From: Mytilus californianus
Taxonomy: Eukaryota
Length of the DNA: 64,000 nt
Reading direction: 5' to 3'
Assembly: GCF_021869535.1 (NCBI RefSeq)
Contig: NW_026262581.1
Coordinates: 74,958,001 to 75,022,000, forward strand
In this document: one piece after another, positions 46,629 through 60,492 of the stretch
Numbering within the stretch: position 1 is the stretch's first letter
Layout of the letters: every line of letters begins with the position of its first letter
The notes under the pieces: model-generated
Seen by the model: the letters and a program-made list of their open reading frames with translations, nothing else
What the model was told of the DNA's origin: nothing
Database searches by the model: none
Position numbers and translations under genes: made by a program

Positions 46629-48761
46629 TCATGGCAACACAAGAAAGAAGGACCAAAGTTTTTTTTTATGACAGTTTCTCTTCATTTTCAATTTAGCAGT
46701 TGTATCAAAATCTCAAAATTGCATCCCTAGTCATGTATGGCTTAATTGAATTGTTAGAAATTCAAAATCAAGGACTTTCAAGGGATTTAAAGTACGATAT
46801 TTGAGAAATACAAAGTTACAAGATACACGTACAAAATTGATTTGATTAGTCTTATGCACATTTCATTACTCAAAAATATCCTAAGACCAATTAACTAAAA
46901 ATAATATGTGTAAAATAGACAATAGACAATAAAACTTCATAGACAATTTAGAAATTAATACAAACACCTTAAAAAAAATTTAAAAGTATATGACACATTT
47001 ACCAATAAAAAAGATGTATGTAAAAATTTAATGAAAAATGTTAATAATTAATAATTAGTTTACGAGAATTAAGATTAAATTGGCATAAGTGGAGAAATAT
47101 TATTTTGATGTTCAGAATGTTTCTCTAAATGATTTTTATTACTGATCATTAGTCAAACTCAATTCAGAGGTAAATAATTATAGCTCACTCTTGAAGCATA
47201 ATAATGAAGCTTGCTATTGTTGAGGGTGGGGGAAATATTGTTGGGAGTATCTGTCTAACTTATTACATTCCAATATTCAAATATACAAATTTCCATATCA
47301 GTCACATAGAACTTTTGAATGCCTTGAAAAAAATTATTTATACTTTGCATTATTATTGGCAAGCACCAGAGGATGTGTCTTGAATAACATTAGAATGCCC
47401 GTCTGCAAGTTCAAGGTGACAAACATATTGTTTAAAATACAAAAGTCAGGAGGACACATTTTTGAATGCCTGGAAAATTGACATTTTTGGTGCCCACCAC
47501 CAGGGAGAGTTTTGCAAATAAGTTGGAATTTTTGTCTGCAAGGTCCAGGTCACAAACTTCATTTAACTTTATATTCCTATATATTCAAATATACAAAGTT
47601 TTGTCTGATTTAGTACTTTTGAATGTCGACATTGATATTAATGATGTTTGATATGAATCATAGTTGTCCACCACCAGTGTATATGGTATCTTAATTTTAG
47701 TGTCTTTCACCCTCTTATTTGATACTGTATAGTTTATTATGCATTTTCAGGAATTATTAGCCCTTTCACCAGTTAATGAAATATCATAAAAGGCAAGAAA
47801 TTTTAATGTTCCATTTCTTGTATGGGGCGATAGTTTGACTCGTCATATCATATGATGCAATTTGAAAAATAGATAAGATAGGCAAAACTTGATGAATTTG
47901 ACATTGTTAAGAGTGCTTTCGAATCTTTTTCACTTTTACTCTTGGAAAAGATATATATTCCACTTCCATCATCAGAAATGGTACAATTACCGGTCTAAAT
48001 GAAAATCAAGATCATAATTTTAACTGCTATTATATATCATGTATATATACAACTAAATTGTTTCAAATGTTTGTGGGCTTAAAAACTAATATATGGAAAT
48101 GAAATTTACATATTTTACACCAGAAAAGGCAAACAATAAAAAAAGCATGAGTTCTAAATAATATGTGAATTAATATAATGGTAGCGAAATGAAAAAACAA
48201 AAATAATGAAAGTGAGTTTGTTTTTCGTGAACAAATAGACTTGATGACTTTATATGAAATATAATTTCAAAAAAAAATTTATGATTAGGTGTATAATTTA
48301 TATGCATGCTGGATATATTTTTAAACCCAGAAATTGTAATCTATAGAAAGTTTTAATGGTATGAATTGTTCCCATGCATGATATGAGCAAATATATATTA
48401 GCAATACTTAATTATGTATTAATTTTATTTTATCTAATCCAAGGAATGGATTTTAATATTGAATTTTGATTAAGTGATGATTTTGTTAATAATTGTTGAA
48501 TGAAATTTGTTTCTTTTGAATAAAATGAAAAAAGTAGACCTTTTGTCTCTTTAATTTACAAACCTCTTTGGTTTCAATTAATGGTAGGTATCTACAGGAT
48601 CACAGCGATCATTGTTACAATTAGAATTCTACACATTCAAAAGAATTAAGATGACAGAATGGCAGCCATTTTAATACTGATTACACTTCATCAACCTTTG
48701 TTAAATCCTCGAGAAAGTTTTCCAGGCCCTGTATGGTAATACATTTATATTTATTTGTCGT

Positions 48762-49900
48762 AAAAAAAATCTTAAGTTTTATAGAAACCCCTCAAAAGTT
48801 ACCTACCTTTACAAAAATTCTGAAGTTTTAAAGAAACCACTCGGTTATCTACCTTGACAAAAAATTCTGAAGTTTTATAGAAACCCCTCAAAAGTTATCT
48901 ACCTTTAAAAAAATCTTAAGTTTTATACAAACCCCCCAAAAGTTATCTACCTTTACAAAAATTCTGAAGTTTTATAGAAACCCCTCAAAAGTTATCTATC
49001 TTTACAAAAATGCTGAAGTTTTACAGAAACCCCTCAAAAGTTATCTACCTTTACAAAAATTCTGAAGTTACAAGAAACTCCTCAAAAGTTATCTACCTTT
49101 ACAAAAATTCAGAAGTTTTATAGAAACCACTCAGTTATCTACCTTAACAAAAAATTCTGAAGTTTTATAGAAACCCCTCAAAAGTTATCTACCTTTACAA
49201 AATTTCTGAAGTTTTACAGAACCCCTCAAAAGTTATCTACCTTTACAAAAATTCTGAAGTTTAATAGAAACCCCTCAAAAGTTATCTACCTTTACAAAAA
49301 TTCTGAAGTTTTATAGAAACCACTCAGTTATCTACCTTAACAAAAAATTCTGAAGTTTTATAGAAACCCCTCAAAAGTTATCTACCTTTACAAAAAATTC
49401 TAAAGTTTTATAGAAACTACTCAAAAGTTATCTAACTTTACAAAAATTCTGAAGTTTTATAGAAACCCCTCAAAAGTTATCTACCTTTACAAAATTTCTG
49501 AAGTTTTACAGAATACTCAAAAGTTATCTACCTTTACAAAAATTCCGAAGTTTAATAGAAAACCCTCAAAAGTTATCTACCTTTACAAAAATTCTGAAGT
49601 TTTATAGAAACCACTCAGTTATCTACCTTAACAAAAAATTCTGAAGTTTTATAGAAACCCCTTAAAAGTTATCTACCTTTACAAAAATTCTGAAGTTTTA
49701 TAGAAACCCCTCAAAAGTTATCTACCTTTACAAAAAATTCTAAAGTTTTATAGAAACTACTCAAAAGTTATCTAACTTTACAAAAATGCTGAAATTTTAT
49801 AGAAACCCCTCAAAAGTTATCCAACTTGACAAAAAATTCTGAAGTTTTAAAGAAACCCCTTAAAAATTATTTCCCTTTGCAAAAAATCTTAAGTTTTATA
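48762..49900. repeat. Second, shorter array of the 49-bp satellite (start of duplicate copy 2)
   Basis: Matches 40978-42107, except that the first unit matches the variant at 40871-40927. Confidence 0.95.
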
Positions 49901-52628
49901 GGAGTAATACCACCAATATTTTCCCCCTATTAGTCTTTGTTAAATTCTCATTTTTATTTTTTTTTAAATTGTGCAGAATTTATCTTTGTTTCAAATATTA
50001 AAGAAATACTTGGCATGAGTGAAGTTTGATCCTGTCCAGACTACTACAGTCAAAATTTCACATAACATTTCATTGCATATAAGATAATAACCATCACTGG
50101 AAGTTAACCAATCAAATTTTTTTCCCCTTTTTTTCCTGTTTAGTAACCATGCCACCTCAAGTTTCCAAAATATTTTATAGAAACACTTAATATAAAAAAA
50201 ATCTTTGAATCACCCAAGATATATGTTTATGACTCAGAATTTTTTTTCTGCAATGAAATGCATGTAACGAGGTTTAATTTCCTACAACTGTCAAATTCAA
50301 GGGAACATTTTTTTTCTACCCTTTTTCATATGAAACAGGATGTGACGAACAATGTTTTGGTGGTATTACTCCTTAAAGAGACCACTTAAAAGTTATCTCC
50401 CTTTGCAAAAATTTCTAATAATGGAAACAGTTAGTATTTGAATATAGACTTTTGAAATACCTGGAAATCTAGCCTTCTTTCATATGTCTTGTGTGATAGG
50501 TCAACAATACATGGTAGGTTAATTGTGAGGGGTTTAAATGTTCATCTGAGATACTTCATTTATGACTTTGACCTTATTTACACATACAAGTGGTCAGATT
50601 AAGATAAAATAAGGAGATATGGCATGATTGCCAATGAGACAACTATCCACCAGAGACTAAATGATGTAGATTTTATTTATTAAGTATAGATCACCATACA
50701 GCCTTTAACAATGAGCAAAACCCATAATTCATGGCAAGCTTATAAAAGGCCCCAACAGGACAAAATGTAAAACAACTCGAACGAGAAAAAATCAACAACC
50801 TGATTCACGATCACGATTCACTGATTGTACGATAAACAAATATGATATGTAGCAACAAACAACAACCACTGAATTACAGGCTTCTGACTTGGGACAAACG
50901 CATACAGAATTTGGCGAGGTTAAACAAGTTTTTGGATAGACCAACCGCCTTTAACTTGGGACAGTGGTGTAACAGCACAACATAAGAATAATTATAAGTT
51001 GAAAAGGGCTTGACTCATCATTATTATCATAAGTTTAAGGATTATGTCTGTAACTTGACATGAAAGGTCATGATATTTTGTGTATGAATTAGTTTTAAAA
51101 GAATATACACAGCTGACCTGTGATAAGGGTTAGACCTTTTTTAACCATAATATTTGTTTATTTTCGCACAGAAATTCTCGGGGTTCGTCCAGTCTTGTAT
51201 GCACTCTCACAAGTACAATTCTCCCTAGATTTTTATCAAATCTTTATAAGTGGTTTATATCTGCATTGTTTCTGACAAGTTAGAAAATCAGTGTCCATTA
51301 ACTATTTTTTAAAAGTTGTGCCCCTTGGAAATATTAATTATATGTGTATGGGAAATTGCATTGCAAGTGCTCTCACATGTACAGTTCTTTTTTTATCAAA
51401 GGTTTATATCAGCAATGTCTTGAACAAATTGGAAAATCAGTGCAGATCAACAATTGTTTAAAGAGTTAGACTCCTTGGAAATATAAGTTATATCAAGGAT
51501 TTGTATCAAATCCTTGTTTATATGTAAAATTGCATTGTAAGTGCTCTCAAGCCTATATTTCTTGTAGGACTGTTATGAAATTAATATTGAAGATTTAAGT
51601 CAGCAATGTCTGTTACAAGCTTGAAAATCAGTGCAGATGAATTATTTGTTCAGAAGTTATGTCCATTAGAAATGTAAATTCTATAGAAAATTGCATTGTA
51701 AGCGCTCTCCCGTGTACAATTCTTGCCTGGTATTTCAAAGGTTTACATCAGCAATGTTTATGACAAGATTGAAAATCAGTGCTGATCAATTATTTTTAAA
51801 AGAGTAATGCCCCTTGGAAATATTAATTATATGGAAAATTGCATTGTAAGCGCTTTCATGTGTACATTACAGTAACAATTCTTACCATCTTCTTTTATCA
51901 AAGGCATATATATCAGCAATGTCTTGTACAAGTTCAAAAGTCAGTGCCCATCAACTATTTTTTAAAGAGTTATGCCACTGGCACTTGGAAATTTTAATTG
52001 TATGTAAAATTGCATTGTTAATGTTCTCAAGCCTTCATTTCTCTAAGGTATTTATAAAAAAAAATATTAAAGAACAAAAAAATTTTTTTTTTTTTTAGTT
52101 CTAGCCATTGGGCAGATGAAATATGTACAATGTGGGGGACATTTGAACTCTGTTCTTTTATTAATCTTTCAAGTAGTCTATCCATCTGTATTAATAAGAG
52201 TGACAAGTCATCAATTTTTGGTATAGCAATTTAATGTCCTTCAGACATGTCAGTACTGAAACCTCTACATCAATTTCACACACTTATGGTCAGGTGATAT
52301 TTACAGGTTTAAATAATAGAAGGCTTCCTCCAAGTAACCATACATGAGGTCTGGAATAAATTATTGTTGTTGAAAGAATATGTCATTCTGGTTATGTCAT
52401 CTGGTCTTGCCCAAGCTCATATATATTCATTTTCCTGTGCTCAGTATATGTTTATGCTCAATCTAGGATAGTCAGGTGGGGGGAAGCATTATGTTTTCTG
52501 GCCTGTACATCTGTCCTTCTGTTTGTGCATTAGTCCATCCTGAGTATCAGGTTAAAGTTTACCAAGAAGTTGTTGTCTCCTTGATTTGAAACTTTGTACA
52601 CATAATCATTATGATAATATTCTTTCAG

Positions 52629-52678
52629 GTAATACCAGTTCATCTAACTATAGCAGCAATCTTGGATACAAATCACAG
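52629..52678 (+). CDS. Dmrt: Duplicate of Dmrt-like exon 5
   Basis: Identical to 44836-44885, offset +7793. Confidence 0.45.
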
Positions 52679-54277
52679 GTGTGTAAAACAAAAATCTTGT
52701 GAATATAACTTGATTGCTAAACATGATAATGTCATTAACCTTTTTCTACTGCATTAGGGCCTAAGCCGTAAAAAATACACAGTAGTCAATTAACCTGTTA
52801 AAGAGGTAAATCATAATCTTTTCATGTGAGTGATGATGTGACCTATAAAGCATCATGAATAAATTTAAGATGTGGAATAAAAGTCATTAAGAAAGCAACC
52901 TAATGACAAAAAAAAATTAGTCATGGAGAGAACGGAAACTAAAAATTTTGTAATTTTTCCATTTATAAAGGGGCAGAACTCTAGAAGGGTTAAAGTGACA
53001 CCTCCAAAATTCAATCTTGATCTGTGTTTTGTGGAAATAAGCATTGTGTATAAGTTTCATAACATTTGGTTGAGGCAAACTCAAGTTAGAGAACGGAAAC
53101 CAATTTTAGGACGTACGGACAATGCCCCCTCCGCTACGGCGGGGGCATAAAAACACCTAGAAATGAGCATAAAGTCTTCAACAAAAGACAGGGGACTATA
53201 GAATATATGTCAAGCTCTAAACATCCTGAGTCTAATAATAATATTCAATAAGATGAACAGAAACAACCTATCACAGGTCTGCCATCACCACCAAATTTTC
53301 TAAAGATATAACATGAATCATCCACTGATAGGCTCCCTGACCTGAAACAGGTACACAAATTTATATGGGGTTCAAGTTTTTTTGAAAGAAAGTTCATGAA
53401 ATCTCCACCCTCCTTCTTAAATCTTGATAAGAAACATGAAAACACTAAAATAATGTTATTTTTGACATTAAAAATACTTAGTCTAGTACAAACAATCTAA
53501 TGCACAATTCTTTTTTCAATTTACTATATTGAATTTTTTATGAATATTTATTTGTTCTGTCTTAAAATAAGAAGTTGCAGTAAAGTCAAGTTTGTCTTTT
53601 AGTAACTCCAGTTAAAATTAACCAGTGAAGCATAACCATATAAGCCATCAAAGAGTCACACTTGATTTAAAAAACCATTCTAAGTAAAGAGCTGGATTTT
53701 ACATGTCTGTTCATTCTGTATTAGCCTTTCAACATATGAATATTAAGAAATGTTGTTTAAACATCATTAATACTGCACATTGAACAAAACAATAAGATAA
53801 TAAAATACAGTCCATATTTCAAACTGACTGCATTTACTTGAATGATAAATATTCTTCATTGTCATTCTGTCACTTGTGAAACAAACAATTATTACATGTA
53901 CAATGTACTAGCTGCTTATTATTAAGTAGTGCCCATGGAAGATGATATAAAAAAATCAAAAACTGATACTATTTTCCTTGTATTTACTTATGAATTTCTT
54001 AATCAGAATTATTATCTTCATAGAGATTCAATTTAATAAAAAAAGTTTGAAGCAGTAAACAATATCATTGACACCAGTGCATGTGTATCTCAGTCACTAG
54101 TAAGACATATATGAAATTTCTAGGAGTTTCTGAAATAAAGCAGTTAAAGCAGTCACAGAATTCTTTGATAAAGATCTTTATAAAACTTTACACTGACTTT
54201 TCTTGCTTAGCTTTAGTTATACATCTATTCATTTATTTATAAATAAGATATTATATAAAGTTGACCATTTATTATAG

Positions 54278-54421
54278 GTAAATTATGTTCAACCAGCTAA
54301 CCTTAGCCTGCCATATAATTCTACCCCAGGATACATGCAGGGACCACAACATGATATACCACATTCAACTGTACCATATGAAACTCCAGCTAGTCAACAA
54401 GATGGAAACTTGAGTCTGTAG
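54278..54421 (+). CDS. Dmrt: Duplicate of Dmrt-like terminal exon
   Basis: Identical to 46485-46628, offset +7793. Confidence 0.45.
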   Translation, partial: VNYVQPANLSLPYNSTPGYMQGPQHDIPHSTVPYETPASQQDGNLSL

Positions 54422-57359
54422 TCATGGCAACACAAGAAAGAAGGACCAAAGTTTTTTTTTATGACAGTTTCTCTTCATTTTCAATTTAGCAGTTGTATCA
54501 AAATCTCAAAATTGCATCCCTAGTCATGTATGGCTTAATTGAATTGTTAGAAATTCAAAATCAAGGACTTTCAAGGGATTTAAAGTACGATATTTGAGAA
54601 ATACAAAGTTACAAGATACACGTACAAAATTGATTTGATTAGTCTTATGCACATTTCATTACTCAAAAATATCCTAAGACCAATTAACTAAAAATAATAT
54701 GTGTAAAATAGACAATAGACAATAAAACTTCATAGACAATTTAGAAATTAATACAAACACCTTAAAAAAAATTTAAAAGTATATGACACATTTACCAATA
54801 AAAAAGATGTATGTAAAAATTTAATGAAAAATGTTAATAATTAATAATTAGTTTACGAGAATTAAGATTAAATTGGCATAAGTGGAGAAATATTATTTTG
54901 ATGTTCAGAATGTTTCTCTAAATGATTTTTATTACTGATCATTAGTCAAACTCAATTCAGAGGTAAATAATTATAGCTCACTCTTGAAGCATAATAATGA
55001 AGCTTGCTATTGTTGAGGGTGGGGGAAATATTGTTGGGAGTATCTGTCTAACTTATTACATTCCAATATTCAAATATACAAATTTCCATATCAGTCACAT
55101 AGAACTTTTGAATGCCTTGAAAAAAATTATTTATACTTTGCATTATTATTGGCAAGCACCAGAGGATGTGTCTTGAATAACATTAGAATGCCCGTCTGCA
55201 AGTTCAAGGTGACAAACATATTGTTTAAAATACAAAAGTCAGGAGGACACATTTTTGAATGCCTGGAAAATTGACATTTTTGGTGCCCACCACCAGGGAG
55301 AGTTTTGCAAATAAGTTGGAATTTTTGTCTGCAAGGTCCAGGTCACAAACTTCATTTAACTTTATATTCCTATATATTCAAATATACAAAGTTTTGTCTG
55401 ATTTAGTACTTTTGAATGTCGACATTGATATTAATGATGTTTGATATGAATCATAGTTGTCCACCACCAGTGTATATGGTATCTTAATTTTAGTGTCTTT
55501 CACCCTCTTATTTGATACTGTATAGTTTATTATGCATTTTCAGGAATTATTAGCCCTTTCACCAGTTAATGAAATATCATAAAAGGCAAGAAATTTTAAT
55601 GTTCCATTTCTTGTATGGGGCGATAGTTTGACTCGTCATATCATATGATGCAATTTGAAAAATAGATAAGATAGGCAAAACTTGATGAATTTGACATTGT
55701 TAAGAGTGCTTTCGAATCTTTTTCACTTTTACTCTTGGAAAAGATATATATTCCACTTCCATCATCAGAAATGGTACAATTACCGGTCTAAATGAAAATC
55801 AAGATCATAATTTTAACTGCTATTATATATCATGTATATATACAACTAAATTGTTTCAAATGTTTGTGGGCTTAAAAACTAATATATGGAAATGAAATTT
55901 ACATATTTTACACCAGAAAAGGCAAACAATAAAAAAAGCATGAGTTCTAAATAATATGTGAATTAATATAATGGTAGCGAAATGAAAAAACAAAAATAAT
56001 GAAAGTGAGTTTGTTTTTCGTGAACAAATAGACTTGATGACTTTATATGAAATATAATTTCAAAAAAAAATTTATGATTAGGTGTATAATTTATATGCAT
56101 GCTGGATATATTTTTAAACCCAGAAATTGTAATCTATAGAAAGTTTTAATGGTATGAATTGTTCCCATGCATGATATGAGCAAATATATATTAGCAATAC
56201 TTAATTATGTATTAATTTTATTTTATCTAATCCAAGGAATGGATTTTAATATTGAATTTTGATTAAGTGATGATTTTGTTAATAATTGTTGAATGAAATT
56301 TGTTTCTTTTGAATAAAATGAAAAAAGTAGACCTTTTGTCTCTTTAATTTACAAACCTCTTTGGTTTCAATTAATGGTAGGTATCTACAGGATCACAGCG
56401 ATCATTGTTACAATTAGAATTCTACACATTCAAAAGAATTAAGATGACAGAATGGCAGCCATTTTAATACTGATTACACTTCATCAACCTTTGTTAAATC
56501 CTCGAGAAAGTTTTCCAGGCCCTGTATGGTAATACATTTATATTTATTTGTCGTGAAACTTGATTAAAATTTTAGATCTGGTTCATTTTGTGTACTGAAG
56601 TTTTGAATAACTATACAAAATTTTTGATGGATAATATTAGCAAATAACAAATCAGATCCATGCAGAGAACATTTAATGATCTGCCATAGTTGTACAAGTT
56701 TGAATTATGGGTTAAACTTCAATATTTACTCCTCGAGTTTGTAGTGGCTATATTGCAATCATCTTGTCCATCTGTTGGTCCAACAAATATTTTCATCTAT
56801 GATTTCTTTGAAACAACTTAGGGCTGACAATAATCGCTATTCCATTAAAACATACATGGTACCAAGGGAAGCTGCTTTAAAAAAGAGGTAACCACCTATA
56901 GAGGCAAATTAAAATTTCACCAACATTTCCACTATGCAAAAACATAGTTGACACCCCATGTATGTTTGTATGGAACAGCCCTTAACAGATGGAATCATAT
57001 TTGGTCAGTAGCAGTAATTTCAAGTTATAAGGGCTTAAAACTTTCCCTTTACTTTCTCCTTAAAATTCAATATGTACTAGCTTTATAATCCACATATGGC
57101 AAAGTATACAGATATCAAATGATAAGGTCCATATTATGAATTTTACATTGCTGCTCCAGAAAGTGGACCTCATTTGTGAACATTTAATAGACTTGCATAT
57201 TTCTATGAACAACTGACCATTAACACTGACAGACCACATAACTGTACCACATATTTGCTTAATAAATATAAAGTAGACCTAGTGATTTAAATATCAGTAG
57301 TATTTTTTGTCATCAAATGGAGCATAATCAAATTTAGTTTGGAAAAAGTTGGACATATG

Positions 57360-58637
57360 GCTTCAACAATACCACACGGAAAAAAATCTCCAAATTTTAG
57401 TCCATCAATAACTGTTGTGAACTTGACCTTTGACCCCAAATCAATAGACCTGATCTTCTCCATCAATTGGCCATTAATGAACTAAGTTTGGTATAAGTTT
57501 GACGAAGTGGTTCATGAAACCAAATTTTGGCTTCAGTCTATCAACATGCCTTGACCTTAACATTTGGTCGATTGATCTCAAAATCAATCGGGTCTAATTA
57601 TCAAACCAAATTTGATAAATATCGGACATGATTCAAAAGTGATCATCTGGAAGCTAGAATTTTGTCCAAATCAATAAATATTTGGTGTAACCTTGACCTC
57701 ATGACTCGAAATTCACTTGGGGCCATATTTCTCTCATGGGGCTTTACCAAGCCAAGTTTTGAAGAGATATTCTTTTTGGCAAAAAAGTTACATGGAAACC
57801 AAAATTTTGACACCAGACAGTCGAATGTTTTGACAGCATACATCTTATCATAAGCCTATATTGACTTCGTCACAGCTCTGATAGAAAGCAAAACTCTATT
57901 AATTTGCATACCTTTGCTATTTGATAAAAAAATAATTTTATAAAATAAAAGTTTTTCAAAACTGAAAGAGTTAAATTAAGCAGACAATTTATAAAAGTTC
58001 ACAAATGCTATACAAACAAAATTTCACACACGAGTGCACGTCTCGCCTGCTTAGCTTATGATTGAATTTATGTTGAAAGTCTTAAGGTTTTACTGCAAGT
58101 ACCAAATAAACTTAACATTACAAATAATCCATGAAAATGAAGTCAAGGTCAGATGAACCATGCCAGACAAACATGTAAAGCTTTCAATCCTATTCCATAC
58201 ACCAAATATAGTGGTCCGATTGCTTACAGTACCTGGAAAACAGACCAAACCACAAAATTTTAACATTGACCGATGAACCATGAAAATGTGGTCAAGGTCA
58301 TAAAAACCCTGCCAGATAGACATGTACACCTAACATTCATTCCATACACCAAATATAGTTCACCTATTGCTTATTAAAAGTATATGATAAACTGACAAAC
58401 CCATGAAAACTTAACATTTAACAATGAACCATGAAAATCAGGTCAAGGTCTTATGGACCCTGCCAGACGGACATGTACACCTTACAATCATTCCACAAAC
58501 CAATAATAGAAGCCTCACTGCTAATAATATCTGAGAAATAGACAAAACCACAAAAACTAAACTTTGTGCACTGAACCATCAAAATGAGGTCAAGGTCAGA
58601 TGAAATCTGTCAATAGGACATGTACACCTTACAATCC
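57360..58637. mobile_element. Two adjacent HINE-like repeats; the second has four ~150-bp subrepeats
   Basis: tgacctt(t)gac motifs; atgaaaatg.ggtcaaggtc at 58131, 58280, 58431, 58578; cacgtctcgcc motif near 58040. Confidence 0.6.
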
Positions 58638-58680
58638 TGTATGCCACCCTAAAACAATAGTTTTAGGGTGGCATACAGGA
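58635..58680. repeat. Perfect 21-bp hairpin with 4-nt loop
   Basis: tcctgtatgccaccctaaaac-aata-gttttagggtggcatacagga. Confidence 0.95.
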
Positions 58681-58869
58681 AGTTTCATTTCCATAACTTC
58701 AAAATATATCAAAGATCTGAAAGCTCTGAGGAAAAATGACGCCACTGTCTCTAATATTGAGATATTTTTTATGCAAGTCTTGATTTTCACATGTCGTAAT
58801 AAGTTTAACATTGCAACATGTCTCGTAAGCATATAATTGATATTCGTATATGTGTCTGTTTTTTCAGTA

Positions 58870-59100
58870 CAAATAAATAGGTCAAGACTACCTGAATGAT
58901 CTACAGTATCCAATTACTACTAGCTGTTTTTTTGTATAAATAAATAGGTCAAGACTACCGGAATGATCTACAATATCCAATGACTACTGGCTGTTCTTTT
59001 GTACTAATAAAAAGGTCAAGACTATTTGAATGATCTACAATATCCAATGACTACTGGCTGTTCTTTTGTACATATAAATAAAGACTACCTGAATGATCTA
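58870..59100. repeat. 67-bp tandem repeat, about 3.4 copies
   Basis: gacta..tgaatgatctac at 58886, 58953, 59020, 59083. Confidence 0.9.
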
Positions 59101-59749
59101 AAGTATTCTAAGTAATGTGATTTTTTTCTTGCAATTACATTTTTCTAAATCAAGAATATAGACTACTAGTATCCTTTTCAAACCAAATGATTATGAAGAG
59201 CCTGTTGTTAGCAAGCTCTTATACCCCACATACTCATTAAATAAGTTACTAGTGACCTAGTTATTTCTGTTACTTGAAGCAAATTATATTTCTGTATATT
59301 TAGACAATAGTATAATATTGTTTTATTAGTTTTATTTCACCTTGAAGATTAGACAAATAGGGATACTCCTTCGATTTTTTATTTCATGTCAGTCAGGTCG
59401 CTTTATATGAAACTTGAAACCACTTCTCTGCCATATTGTTATTTTATAACAACTCTGCCCTTGACCATGTTGACCCATATGCATGTAATTGATATTCATT
59501 CTTTAACCATATATCATAGTCAGTTAGTTTTTGATTTTGCACTCCCACACCACCTTTCATGTCTTTCAGGTCAAATGTCTGTCTCCATTTAAGTTAATGA
59601 CATTGAACAATCATGGTATTAAATACAATTTCAATAGTGATAATGCTGTTCTCGTGGGTCACCATATATTCAACTTGGGTAGCATTCCAGTTACTGAAAT
59701 TTGTGTCAGATTAGAACAATGATCTAGATCTTTAGGAATGGATCTTATA

Positions 59750-59945
59750 ATTTAATATAGAGCCATAGTATGGGACCCCTACACGGTAACAAAAAAAAAC
59801 AAGCTTGAAAGGATACAATGTCAAGCGGCAAAATCTATCACCAGAGATTACAAGTCAAAAGAGGATGGACTTGATACGTCTCTAAAATGCTTGCTGAACT
59901 GGAACTACAGCAAGATATCCAGACAAGACGAACAAAGCGTTGAAG
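59750..59945 (+). mobile_element. LINE RT C-terminal fragment
   Basis: AIVWDPYT..., LERIQCQAAKSITRDYKSKEDG...KMLAELEL; a typical post-RT LINE motif, frameshifted. Confidence 0.7.
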
Positions 59946-60127
59946 CCAGAAGTTAACATTTATGTAAAAAGTAGTTGAGGGGCTGATTCCCGCTATTGAA
60001 CCATACTGTCATTCTATAATATCATTGCGTAAGTATTTCTGTATTGGCCTTGTTATTGGTCCATGTCTTGGGTGTATTGGTCTGAGACGAAGCGGAAGGC
60101 CAATACTGCTGGCCGAGGACCAATAAT

Positions 60128-60492
60128 AAGGCCCAATACAAAAATACTCGTAATAGTATCTTTATTAATTAACTACAGTGTTACAATATTTTTTTTATTT
60201 CATTTCACAAGAGATAAACAATTTTACCTTGAAGTGGAACTATCCAAATCTCAGTTTCCTTTTATAAGATGCAATATCTAATGATTCGGTGTCGTTTGAC
60301 TGCTGGCCGAGAAACGATTATAAGGCCAATACAGAAATACACGTAATAGTATCTTTAATAATTAACTACAGTGTTACAATATTTTTTTTATTTCATTCCA
60401 CAAGAGATAAACATATTTACCTTGAAGTGGAACTATCCAAATCTCAGTTTCTTTTTATAAGATACAATATCTAATGATTTGGTGCCGTTTGA
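60128..60492. repeat. Two ~193-bp direct repeats
   Basis: gtaatagtatcttta at 60150 and 60343, followed by near-identical sequence; explains the twin ORFs at 60063 and 60289. Confidence 0.9.

Larger units (their letters stand above)
40969..56554 (+). repeat. 7793-bp tandem duplication (40969-48761 / 48762-56554), copies apparently identical
   Basis: Constant 7793 offset (ORFs 45130/52923, 47466/55259); homopolymer lengths and satellite variants match in spot checks. Junction ttatttgtcgt|aaaaaaaatcttaag; the unique flank resumes at 56555. Confidence 0.95.

Noticed and set aside
45130-47651. ORFs 45130, 45452, 47466 and their twins at +7793
   Set aside because: They lie in HINE-like or degenerate repeat sequence; twinning is explained by the duplication, and no domains are visible.
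59811-59824. GATACAATGT, a DMRT-type binding site
   Set aside because: Single hit inside a LINE fragment; expected by chance in 64 kb of AT-rich DNA.
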